A stretch of DNA of 64,000 bases, taken from Eukaryota sp. GEM-RC1 (taxonomy: Eukaryota). The stretch spans positions 3,224,001 to 3,288,000 of the forward strand of contig JAUFOQ010000001.1 in assembly GCA_040285855.1 (NCBI GenBank), in the 5' to 3' direction. The stretch's first letter is position 1. Each line of letters starts with the position of its first letter. Position numbers and translations under genes: made by a program. The notes below the pieces were generated by a model. It saw only the letters and a program-made list of their open reading frames with translations, ran no database searches and had not been told where the DNA came from. Of this stretch, positions 13,256 through 25,407 are shown in pieces.

Positions 13256-14549
13256 AATGAAGCTCTTCTCTCTGGGAGTGATGGTGGTGATGATGAAACT
13301 GATGATGATGACAATACGTCATCTAGTATGAACGATTTTGTTGTGTGTGTGATGATGATGATAATAATCTCAATGTCGAGAGTGTAAGTGCCATCAATTC
13401 TGATTTAATTTTCAACAAGACTGTGTCAAAACTGACCAAAACAATAGTTACTATATTACCTAAATTGAGACCAAATCTATTGTCTCGAAATACTCTCAAA
13501 CCAAATTCGAATTTACCTAGTTTGAAATTATCAAAAAAAAATTACAGATCATGTGGACGCTGAATCTGTCAACAGAATACCAAATTCACTTGGTCTTCAG
13601 ACAGAGTTTGAAAACACCTTGAACAGTACTCATAGTATTACCATGTAGACAGAAGCAAAGGTTCTTAAAATTGTCCACGATATTGTAGCTCTACACTGGA
13701 ACCACAGTGTTACAACGTCAGACTCTCTTCCAAATATGAAATTGAAACTTGAATTGTTAAAAGATTTAAATTTAATAATGACCAAAATTTTGAGTTTTCA
13801 TTTGGATGATGGGGACAAATACTTTTGTTGTGTCGATTCTAGATTTAAATGATGAATTGGTTTGTGATGAACAATGCTGACTAATATTAGATGAATTTCG
13901 TGAAGTGATGTGTGAGTATTGTTGTGGGATTGGATTTGAGGAGTCGTACGCGTTGGCTGTGATGTTTGCATGAGTGATGGGATGATATAGTTTTGTTAGT
14001 TAAGTTATATAAATTCATATAGAATATTTTAATTGTAATGTTTAACATTACATATGGGAGAAAAAATTATCAATAACAAAAATTCAATACCCATACTGCA
14101 CTTTTTTTGAGATTGATTCTCACCAAATGTTGTCATTGCAAATATTGTAACACCAAATGTTTATATATCATTTAAATCTAAGAGTATTAGAGTTTGTAGA
14201 ATATTTTTGACCATTTTCCCAAATGGATGGGTTAAATACGTGAAATTTTTCTAATATATACAGAGTAAGGGATCACTTTCGATAGTGTTGACAATGAAGT
14301 CACGAATTTCACGAGATTCATGAAGGAGAAGAAACTTCAAAAACGCCGGAGAAGTAATGGCCGACCCATGTGGAAACGGTAGATGTACTAAAAAGAATCT
14401 TGCTATTGAAATTTGAGATTCATTTGGGAAAGATGGGTGTAAACGGCACGTGTTTTGGTCTCCTCACCTCAGATACATGAAACCGAAGCTGTTTGACGTA
14501 AAAGCCTTTGAGAAGGAGAAAAAAGTTGTGGAATGGTGATGGTCTGAAA

Positions 14550-15056
14550 CAGTGTTTGAAAACCACCCGGGTGGAAATGAAAACCACCCGGGTGGCGTCT
14601 GGGTGGTACTGGGTGGATAATTTTGGTCTCACCATCATCTTCAATCCATGACTTCCTGAATACATACCTCGTTGTTCAACGTTTCCTGAATACAATTATT
14701 TTAACGGGAGTTATTTCATAGTTTGTAGGAAGGTTACCTTATTGGGTGCCGAATAAACATCTCTCACTTTCTAGGCTCGGATAGGCTAATATCATCTTAT
14801 ATATATTTTTTTAGAGGGTTGTGTTAATCCCAAACCTGTACAAAGTTCTTCATTGTTAGTTATTTTATATCACACACTGCTAAAGTACTTTAAGTTTCAT
14901 CGTATATGGTGTATAAAGTAGTTTTTGCACCAAAACTTATGTCTCGTTCTTTAATGCCACCCGGTGACCACCCGGGTGGAAATGAAAACCACCCGGACGC
15001 CACCCGGTTCCACCCACCACCCGGATGGCGTCCGGGTGGAAAATTTTCGAACACTG
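14550..15056. mobile_element. Non-autonomous hAT-type MITE, 507 bp
   Basis: TIRs CAGTGTTTGAAAA and TTTTCGAACACTG. Perfect 8-bp TSD GTCTGAAA at 14542-14549 and 15057-15064. Subterminal CCACCCGG / CCACCCGGGTGG clusters at both ends. Confidence 0.85.
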
Positions 15057-15125
15057 GTCTGAAATGCAACTAGAACAAAAGCCATCAAGATCATTTTTGG
15101 TTGTCTTTCTCTTTACAAACTTCAA

Positions 15126-16405
15126 ATGCAATCTCAATCTGGCTATGAACTTCTCTTCAAAGTTGTACTAATTGGTGACCTCGGCAGTGGTATCTTTCCA
15201 TTACATACCAATCTTAGGCAAAAGTTCTCTTCTCTCTCACTTTACGCGTAACGAATCTCCCCGCAACAGTACCATTGGAGTTGACTTCGCTACAAAAGAT
15301 CTTGAAATTGATGGAGTCACGATCAAGGCCCAAGTGTGGGACACATGTATGGACCTTTCCTCCTTATCTTAGCCATCCAGGAGCGATACAAGGCTGTCAC
15401 ACACGCCTGCTTCCGAGGCGCAGTTGGTGCTCTTCTCGTATTTGACCTTTCGAATAGAGAATCTTTTGAAAAAGTTCCAGATATGCTTGTTGAACTACGT
15501 AGCAATTCCGATCCTGACATCGTCATAACACTCATTGGTAACAAGTGTGAGGTAGAATCTGTTAGAACTGTGAGCGAGGAGGAAGCCGTCGAATTTGCAC
15601 GCCTTAATGACGTCAGTTATATCGAAACATGTATAGTGGACGGAACAAATGTTGATAAGGCTTTTCACGATCTGTTTACGGTCATTTATCGCAAGTACTC
15701 TCAAAAGTACTTCTCAATGGAGGAAATCCTCCAACTAAAGAAGATGTAGCTACTGATATTTGTTCCAATACGATGAAGAGCGACCTCCAGAACGCGGAAG
15801 TGCAACAACTACTATTGAGAATTCAGGAATTAGAAATGGAAACAAAAACCTTAAAAAATGAAGTCGAGTCTCTACGCCCTTTTAAACAGAAGGTAGAAGA
15901 AGAAGAGAATGAAAGAAGAAGAATTGAATCTCTTATTGGTACTTTTGATCCTACTACTTGTGGTTCTTCCCTTTCCTTATCAAATAACAATACTGTTGTT
16001 AAAAGAATGATTCCACATGTGATACGGAATGTTTTGTAGAAGTTAATCTCCCAGACAATTGTTCTGCCACCTTTACTAGACTAGATGATCTTGGAAACTA
16101 TTATACTGACTTTATTGGCTGGAAACTTAGAGCTAATATTCAGTATCATGAGCTTCCCTAATCCTTGTTTTCAAAGCAATGGAAGCTTTAGAGGATATTA
16201 CTACCCTTTTGATCCTAGATTTACTGAAATTACTGAGGGAGAATCAATTACCGTCACTTTTTCTAAAGGTATGGCTTACTTCAAACCTTCTACTTGTATT
16301 ACTACTTTTAGTATTGCAATTCCTAAAGGTTACGTGTTTGGAATGTATATTCGAGGTGCAAGTCACGAATGGAAAGTTGAACGTGCTTCATTTCCCAGTG
16401 AATAA
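15126..16405 (+). CDS. Rab11-like small GTPase fused to a coiled coil and a SPRY-like beta domain; introns 15190-15217 and 15347-15372; later frameshifts
   Basis: Spliced translation: [59 protein letters not shown]. Downstream frames match the C-terminal domain of the BTB family. Confidence 0.75.
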
Positions 16406-16958
16406 GGAAAAATAATTGTAAATATAATTGTTATGTAATAAAGTACGATTAAATAATGTAGTTCGACTTACATTTGTACTCGTTAAGACAGTTAAAGAGA
16501 ACTTTTACTGGGAAAATACACAGGATGACCAAATTACAGACGCAAAAATACAATACAGCAGATAAAAACATCCAAGAAAGTGATGATGTAGTCTATTTAT
16601 TTTACGTAATGAAAACTGACAGCTCTAAAATTCAGTGTTAAAACGTACAATACAAAATACAGTAACTTACAGATATGTGTATTTTTGAAGTTTGATATAG
16701 ATATAAGATGAGCCATCCGTTTAATCATTGAAACGGCAGTTTACACTACTTTCACACGACGATTTCATTGTTCTTGTCCCAGTAAATCAGGTTGGGCTAA
16801 AGAGATACTGATGTTTTCAACCATATGGTACTTGTGGACGGTTTTTTTAGTGGAGTTGGTTTCACTTGTTTCCGGACACTCTCACGCTATTCATTTGCCG
16901 AAGGAATTTGCTATCATTATTAGCAACAACAGCACTCTGTAATCTACTTCAAAATATT

Positions 16959-17397
16959 CTAGGAATGGTAATTAGTTTAGTTCTCACCTCCATGAACTGA
17001 ACTGAACTGATCATCTTCTCCATGGTATATTATTGTTGTTTCATAAATCAATCTAAAGGACAAAATGGATCGTCTATTTTCCAAACACTCCTATAAGTAA
17101 GTACACCCAAAAACAAGACAGAAGTATGATATCTCCATCTAAGATATGATTTGGGCTAAACATTTGATTGCTTACATTTTTGACTACACCCTGAATGAAT
17201 GTTGTAATCAATTTCATTTTGTCCAAAGACCAACTTCCAACTAGTTCTCAGTTATCGAATTATACAAACACAAGTCACTATAATGGTTAATGGGATGAAT
17301 AGAAAACAAAACCGAAGTCTCACTTAAGTGTGACACAGTTCAATCAGTTCCAGTTCAGTTCATACTATTTTTGAACTGAACTATTGTACATTCCTAG
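16959..17397. mobile_element. Older MITE-like element with ~60 bp imperfect TIRs
   Basis: Left end CTAGGAATGGTAATTAGTTTAGTTC..ATGAACTGAACTGAACTGAT. Reverse complement of right end CTAGGAATGTACAATAGTTCAGTTC..ATGAACTGAACTGGAACTGAT. No clear TSD. Confidence 0.6.
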
Positions 17398-17539
17398 TTT
17401 TTCAGCCATTCTAAACGCCTTTACAGGATGAAACACAAATTTGGATTATGAAGATCACCTCATTTTTGATCTGAAAATTCATTTTATGAAAAGTGATTCA
17501 AAACTAGTCCAATCCTTTCAGAGAAAACCATGTGCTTTA

Positions 17540-17895
17540 AACGTGGGATAACATGAATCATGTACAGCATCATGAATAACTGAACATAGACCACTTTAGG
17601 ATCAAATAACGGAAGAACACATGTACTTTTCGCTCGTATTACACCCAATCAAGGCTGAGGAAATTAAACTGATTGTCAATGATTCCAAAACTAATCAAAA
17701 GAACAGCTCATCATTAATACATACGTTGGGGTAAACTTTAGAGTAAACTCAAATTTTCAACCACTATTAAATACAGTTTAATAAAGTAAAGTAGTAATGT
17801 ACCTTAATTCATCGAACTGACACAAACGACAAAGATATCCAACCTAGACACCTGTTTAACACCATCCAACACGTGTTGAGGTGAATCTGAAAATA
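17540..17895. repeat. Diverged duplicate of 58010-58330 (probably a decayed repeat-protein gene fragment)
   Basis: Collinear shared words: CACTTTAxGATCAA, TCAATGATTCCAxAACT, AGCTCATCA, GTAAACTTT, AACACxTGTTGA. Confidence 0.5.
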
Positions 17896-18026
17896 GGTAC
17901 GAATCGGTGAATAGATATAGGTCACCAATGGTGTACTGAGATGGAGGAAGACATTTCCTTGGTTCAGACTAAATACACACCCCCACGGACGACAATTTTT
18001 GCTTTACACAACAATTCTTCCTCTGA

Positions 18027-18618
18027 TTGATTCCTTCTTATCTCCATCGATTTGCCTTATATATGTCATCCACATTCAATCGCACATCATGTTCCTTTTC
18101 CTTTGCAGAACTATTCCCTGAAGCGAGCTTGTATACCAAACGCCAAGATCTTATCGAGTTATTCAAGACAGAGCTCCCAATGCTTGAAACAATTAGGTCT
18201 TCCTTGCTGTCACGTCATCAAACAGCTGGTTGAAGAAAACCTTTTTAATGAAGAGAGAAATCAGAGGAATGGTTCCAACCTCCAACAATTTCAAAGGGAA
18301 ATTTCTGAAGTAAATGAAAGAGTTCTACGTATTGATGACTTTCATCCCCAGTGGCATTTAGGGATTGTCACAAAGTACGACCCTGTTGTGGAACAGAGAA
18401 AAGAAGAAGTTGCTGAAAGAAAGAGACTACTGATAAAGAGATTAACTGAGGAAGTAGAAGGCTTGAATGAAGTTGAATTCATGAGTTTAGAAACTCAAGT
18501 GGTGAACGTCCTCAACAACAACAAGGAAAGAATCAAAGAACCTGAAGCAATTACTGCTACCAAGGGAAGAAAGAAATCAGGCAGAGATGCATTGAACAAA
18601 AAGGCAAGAAGAGATTAG
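18027..18618 (+). mobile_element. MULE (Mutator-like) transposase C-terminal remnant
   Basis: SWIM-type C...GLPCCH followed by LRIDDFHPQW and a basic tail (KGRKKSGR). Parallels KPCAHE...LEDFHVQW at 54.3 kb. Confidence 0.6.
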
Positions 18619-18754
18619 ATATAATAGCTTATAACAGTATTAATAAAGGAAAGTCTATATTTGCAAGGAAAGTAGATGGAGAGAACAACGGCAACCAAGG
18701 AAATGTTGTGATGGAGAAAGAAAATGCCCCTTTCACTTATCCTAGAATCAACTC

Positions 18755-20392
18755 ATGAGTACCGATCCTTCTCCTTCTCCTTGTTGTACCAGGAGTGATA
18801 ATCCCAATATTACGTCCACCTCATCTGACTCTTTTGGTCGAGATTATGAAGGGATCGAGAAAGTTGTATTAGATTGTGAGTTGGTCCAACGGAGGTACTT
18901 TCGAATTGAGCGTTCATTTGATCTAACTGACTCTGCTTTCTCCGCTCCTTTCTCCTCCTTGGATGATCTACTCCACTACTTTCAAACCAATCTTAGTTCT
19001 CCAGGATACGTAATCAAACATATCAAAGAAGATCATCGATTTGCATGCCCCTTTCCTAAATATCACTTCAGGTCTTTTGTTGATGAAAGTCTTGTCTTGG
19101 TCCAGACTTCTCCTTCTCCGACTGCTCCTTCTAATCAGTGTTTACCTTTTCTTATTTTTGAGAAAAAGTGTAATGCATCGAAAACCAATAAGAATTTCGC
19201 AACTGGTCGAAGTCAAGTCGCTAAACAGCTGATCAATTTGCTTTATTCTTATCATATTATATTTGGTATGGATTACAAAGTGCCTTTGATTGGTATTTGT
19301 GGAGATAACAACAGTTTCTTTTTCGTGAAGTTCGATCTCGATACACAATTAGTACAATTTTCAGATTATTTTAATGTTTCCAACTGTCCTATTGAAATCT
19401 TTCGTATGTATTTTGCTTACTTACAAAACCTCGTCAACACTATTATTGCTCTCGATTACTCTCCAGGTGCTGTAACTCTCGGCTCCGTCAGAAATGCAAA
19501 TGAATTCTCTCCTCTTGTGGTTGATTTGTTTTCACGTGTACCAGATGAACTCAACGATTCTATTCTTGTTCAATGCTCAGAGAGAGCAATAGTTTTTTAC
19601 TGAAAGCGGCTAGCGTTATTTTACCGTTTAGTTCTCAGTTGGCACAGTTTAAACAACCTCAGGTGTATACCTCTAGAATTTCGTGGCTCTTTCATAGGTC
19701 TCGGGGATAAGCTCTTGGAGAGCCCCCACGCTGGTGAACATGTGGATCTTGTTAAACACGATTCACAACAATCACATTGTTTTATTGCAGTTACTATTGC
19801 GGCTCTAAAGGAAATCCAGAGAGTTCATTTAAGTGGAATTATTCATCGTGATTGTCGTTTTCCAAATCTTGTGTTTACTCTCACGGATGATTCAGGTTGG
19901 TCTTGTAAGCTTATTGATTTTGAGTTTGCAAAAAATATTGAACAGGATCCATCAGATTCTCACGGGGTCGAAATTAATTCCCTCCCTGAAAACTTTGATG
20001 TTCCTCCAAGTCTTCGAAGTCACACACGTGTCGTCTATGTACGCCTTAATTACTTTGATGACTACTGGTTCTTCATTTCATCTCTTTTTAGAAAAATTCG
20101 TGATTTTTACAAGGTTTCGATAACCTCTGTGGAAGTTGATGCTAAATATGGTGGAATGAAGCAACTTTTCGAAAAGCTGATTACTGAAAAAGCTGTTTGT
20201 CCAGTGGTTAAGACAGTACTTTCAGAGCTAATTGCTCCTTACAATGATGTAGAGACCTTGTCAGCTTTTTCTTGGCACCCAATTGTTTCTTCATTAGAGT
20301 CTATTACAGATGATAGTCAACTTACTTGGAAGTTGTCTCCTGCTATTCCTAGTGTCAAGAGAGACGTTCTTTTTTCCACGAGGTCACAGTAA
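18755..20392 (+). CDS. Crinkler-like PD-(D/E)xK nuclease-like domain plus protein kinase-like domain; interrupted at 19601
   Basis: FLIFEKK...SQVAKQL (ExK plus Q helix). Kinase motifs IHRDCRFPNLVF and KLIDFEFAK. ORFs 18755 and 19715 share a frame, separated by one TGA. Confidence 0.6.
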
Positions 20393-21023
20393 TAGTTGCT
20401 TGCTTCTGTTGAATAAGCATTGTTCGAATTTTCTATTTGAATTTACATCCAGTTTTGGTCTTTTGTTCAATGACAAATCTTGTTCATTCTATTCCTGGGT
20501 TAAGTTCGTTAGTCTCGGTTGTTGAGAATTTCTATATTGATATTTCGAAAAGCTGTTTTCCTTTAATTTACCAAGTATGCCTAAAGAAATCTATATTGTA
20601 TCTCTCTTTGTGTGTATGTAAACTTCAAAATAAGCTCTTGAAGGCATTTGAAAACCTGGATTTCGAAAATCGTGTCAGCTTGGAATCAGTTTTGTACAAA
20701 CTTTGAGAGAGGAATCAAATCGGTCATTTGTCAACTTGATAAGGATAAACCTATGGTAAACGACAATACACATATTGTTACGATACACAAGTTTGAATAA
20801 TTTGTGACTTACAATTGGCCCCCTTTGTGTTTCCTCATAGACATGATTGCAACTGACTTGATTCAGCAAACATATTAACAGTAAACATGACATGTCCATA
20901 AAAAAGCTTCAATTGGTTTAGGTATTGCACACGTAAAACACTGAAAACTAAAACAAAATAACAACTGAATTTTTATATCAAAGAAGTGCTGCAACAAACA
21001 AGAACTAACAATAAAGAATTCAA

Positions 21024-22474
21024 CTAAATCTCAATTACATGAAATCCAAGTTCTTCATCAGTAGGTTCTTTATAAGTAATATTGGGGAAACACTTATCCA
21101 TTAACCTCACACAGCGAGTACACAGACCTCCCTTTCTTACCTCAAACTGTGAGTAGAAATCAGAATCTGAGTCTGACTCTTCAGAATCACTATCATAGCA
21201 AGGTTCAAATGCATCATATGAACAATGACAGTTATTAACTACAACAGAAAGTCTGCTCGGAACAACTTCAGCTAAGCTCACGTCATCTTTTTCCACACAC
21301 ACTCGAACATCCTCCAAAACAAGTATTCTAAGAACATGTAATTGTTCAAGTAACTCTGGAATATCAGAGATTTCAAATTGATCATCATCAACAAGCACAA
21401 ATTCGTTCAAAGTACGTGGTAAATGGTCTATTTGGTCAGACACACCTTCAAAAGACCTTAAAGTCAGCTTATCCAAGGGACAAGAAGTTAGATTAGGAAT
21501 ATCACCACCACAAGTATCCATGTCTAGAATTCGAAGAGACGAAGGACAAACAAAAGTAGCAGGATATTCGTCGAATTGAGTAGCGTCACACCGCAAGACT
21601 TTTAACGACCGGAAACGTGATAAATCAAAACTTCCAAGATACAATGCAGAGATAGATTCTAATTGATTGTTTTGAGCTATTTGTGATGCTGTGTTGAAAG
21701 GTATAAGATCTCCATGTATCTCCTTGAGGGTTCCTTTGGACAAGACACTATATGAGAGAAGATCAGAGGAATCTGGCCAATCAGAAAGTTCAAGTGAAAC
21801 GAGAGAGAAGTGTGCAAGGGCAGGGAAAAGTATAGTCTTGACTGATTCCACAATTGCTTTGTTGTCAGGCATTTTGATGGTGACTTCTCTAACTGTAGAA
21901 GGCTGGTTGACAACCCATTTAGCCATGGTTTCAACTTGTTGCTTTTGTTTTCTATTCCGCTGCTGTTTGTTCTTGGATTGAGGTCTGACAAAAGGAAGGT
22001 GACGTGCTTGTTGAAGGAGGATAGTTGAACTGATGTAGTATCAATAGCAACATTGTAGAATCTGTGGGCATTGGGGAAAGTTAGTGGATAGAAAAGCTCT
22101 TTGATTTGGATGGAGCAGGTTGAAGGTAAGCTTCTGAAAAACTGATTAGTGAATGTTTCATAGATTGTGGCGATATCGATACATGGATCGATCTGAAGGA
22201 GTTGGAGAGATTTGCAGTGGTGGATCAGTAGAGGAAGACGTTCGCGACTGTAGATGAACTGGGAGGCATCACTTAGATCGAGTTTAGTGTAAGTTGATAG
22301 AACACGGACTATGAGCTGATGAAAAGCGGATGATGTAGAACTAAGATGGTGCAGAGATGTGAAAGACACCTTACTTAGTACAAGAGACAACACACTGGAA
22401 GGTAACAATGTCGTCGTCAATCGAATTGAAGGAGGTTGCTTACGATTGAAGCGCCTTTTAGATGTATGACTCAT
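21024..22474 (-). CDS. F-box / leucine-rich-repeat protein (one frameshift near 21950)
   Basis: LLPSSVLSLVLSKVSFTSLHHLSSTSSAFHQLI is F-box-like. LxxLxL repeats include SLKVLRC, SLRILDM, PLDKLTL and VLRILVL. Confidence 0.65.
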
Positions 22475-22530
22475 AGAAGTAGAAAAATGGAGATCTTAAA
22501 TCAAGTTTGGTTTGAGAAGACCAAGATGTC

Positions 22531-22586
22531 AGATGTGACATGAGTCATGTGACATGACCAAGATGTGACACGAGTCATGTGACATG
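22531..22586. repeat. Two copies of a 30-bp-period repeat upstream of the F-box gene
   Basis: AGATGTGACAyGAGTCATGTGACATG at 22531 and 22561, one mismatch. Confidence 0.8.
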
Positions 22587-24309
22587 TAATCTAAATTGAA
22601 GAGATTCAATAAAGTGAAACAGATTCACCATAGAAAATGTTATGACTAATGACAAATAACTGGGTCTCACCCCTAATCCCCGCTCCAAATGATGCTCCAC
22701 AATGGCTTTGATGTTGATACATGCTAACTTGTAACGATTCCAAATCTTGGCATTACCATTACATTCTTGGGACTTTCAAATCAAACATGGACACAACACT
22801 TCGAGAAGACGTGTTCTCTTGGCATTGGCCTAAAGAACTGATGTTCTTTTATTGGTGGAAGGGAAATGATAAATGTAATGGCATAAAATGTAGTACTAAC
22901 AAACAATACTTGCAACAATTGAAAATAAGTACTATTTTAGCAAAAAACAGTAGATAAAAATGAACCTTTTACAGTGAAATTAGCTGAGCTTGACTTAGAA
23001 AGGAAAAAACGACACTACTTCTTGAGAAAAGAAGAAACCCAAGATTGTCAGGAGATATTTCACTTTGACGGTCTTTCACGATCTTTGCCTGCTCAAATAT
23101 TGCACTGAGCTGGAAGGGAGAACATACATTCAGCAAAGGAATTGAAAGACAAAGTGAAACACAAAGACAGCCATCATAGACTTACAGAGTTGGAATAAAG
23201 ACAAGAAGAGACACTGTAGATATGAAAAACGAAAAAACTGCATTTTACAATGGATGATGATGTTAGCTGTTTGGTGACATGAACTCTTATAAATGGTGTC
23301 CGTCATATCTGATACAATCGCGAAGACCTACTAAAAGGACTCAATTATTGTTCTCAAGGTAAATTCTTGGTAGAGACCCTTTGGTAAGCAGTATGTTATT
23401 CTTGAAGGGGTCTGATTCTGAAGGCTTCTTGACTTTTTCTGTTGTTTGTTAAATGCTCCACTCTTCTCCTTTAGTCTGAATAAGATTAACACAAAATGAT
23501 TGTAAACCATTGGTACCGTGTAAAGAAATGTCGTTACTTATTTCTTCTGCATTTTCCAAATGTTTGTTTTTTAAACGTTTTTTAAATCAGAACAACCGAC
23601 TTCATGTGCTGTATTTATGAAAAATTTTTGATTATGCTGATCAGTGTACATCAATAAGAATACATTGTGGCTATCTTTTCTTATTGCGGTAGTAATATAC
23701 TGCTGCTACACCACCTTGTGTGTCAGAGATTTGAACCCACGTAGCCCAAATTGATAGAGCAGTTGACAACACAACCAACAGCTTTACATTTACACTACAT
23801 TTCATTGATGTAAGAAACAGAATTACTAAGCTGAACGGGCGTTTGCGTAATTGTTTAACAGAGAACGATGCACTGTTTCGATCGTACGCGTCAAAAAACT
23901 ACGTTTTTTATTTGAACCTGATTTGTGAGTTAAAAAAGTGTTTCCATCTTATAATATCAATTTTGTTTAATCTCTTAAGAAATAGAACATACTTCTTAGA
24001 TCAAAATCGATTATTACATGAAATACAGTACGTAATTACAGCATATTGTTAGATTATATTATTAGATCACGTCATCACTGAGTCAGTGTAGCTACTGATA
24101 ATTCACCATTTGCATTTGTTAAACAATGATTATCTGACTTAAATTTTGACTGTTTTCAAATTTTCACTGTGTTCACTGTCGTACACATTTAAATACAACT
24201 CACTTAGCTGCTCAAGACGAGGAAGAAGAAAAAGATGATTTTTATTCGAATTAGGATCATTTTGACGTTCCTTTTACCAGGAGTAGTTACAGACAGAAAG
24301 ACATATTAC

Positions 24310-25008
24310 TCCACAGCTTCTAATCATTAATGAGGCCTGTCAGTCTGCTGAGCCAGAAGTTATGGCAGCTTTCGTACTTGTAACCACCTAACCTCCACAG
24401 TAATTGTTCGAACGATTGATATTGGAAGTCAGAGACTTGCCAATAGATACCATCAATTAAAACATCAGTATCGTCAGTTTTCATAATTCTGTGTTTTATG
24501 AAGATACTATTGAAACAGAAGAACCGTTCAAGGGTAAATTCTTATTTGCGTCACGACGATTAAGAGATACTTATGGATCTCAACAAGAATACTCAGATGA
24601 ACTTGCAGGAAGTGTTGTAATTGTGGAGAAGTTCAGGCAATTAAACAATCGGTAATTGATTTTCACGATAATCATAAGACTTCAATGGAAGAAGTTCTTC
24701 AACGTTCAGGCACAGTGGCTGTTTTGACACCTTACATGACACAAGTTCAACAGTTAAATGTTTTATTCAATGAATCAAAGATGGAACCACAATTGGAAAA
24801 TGTTGATGTCTCAGCAACTGATGCCTATCAAGGTAAAGAGGTGAATGTGGCTTTTATTAGTACAGTTATAACGTGGCAATCTGACAAAGCTGATCAAAGT
24901 TTAGGTTTCTTGACCGACAAACGTCGAAAGAATGTCATGTTCACCCGAGCCAGATTCAGCAATATTCTTTTTGGTCATGGTCGACTCTTACGATCGAATC
25001 CTCATTAG
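24310..25008 (+). pseudogene. Upf1/Sen1/Dna2-like superfamily 1 helicase C-terminal remnant
   Basis: LLIINEACQSAEPE, LKHQYRQ, VLTPYMTQV, ATDAYQGKE and LGFLTDKRRKNVMFTRAR. Stops present and no P-loop seen. Confidence 0.7.
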
Positions 25009-25407
25009 GATTGTTTAGTTGCTTACAATTCAAATGCAACTGACAACTTTCAAAGTGATTTACAACAAGCTATGCTTAACCTGCGGACTGCAACTCAATT
25101 TAAGAGAGCAGGTGAATCTTGATTGCACTAGTGAAGGTTTTAAGAAAGTGTTGCGCAATTTCGAAGAAGATGTAGCATTAGAGGACTCATGTAATTATGA
25201 GTCATAGTTTTGTTTTGTTTTTTATAATGTACTTAAATTTCTGATAAATAAAATTCAATAAATTTGATATTTCATGATAACGTAAACATCAAAAAAACAT
25301 CAAATCAGCTTTACAGTTGATTACTAATTGTCAATAAATATTTAATTTTTGAAAATATTGCAATACCAAATCACAATGTGTTACGATTAATATTAATAAT
25401 TCTAATA

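Noticed and set aside
14550..15056. MITE length (507 bp) equals the tandem unit length
   Set aside because: No sequence similarity between them; treated as coincidence.
23716..23790. tRNA-like B-box GGTTCAAATC on the minus strand
   Set aside because: No acceptor, D or anticodon stems could be built.
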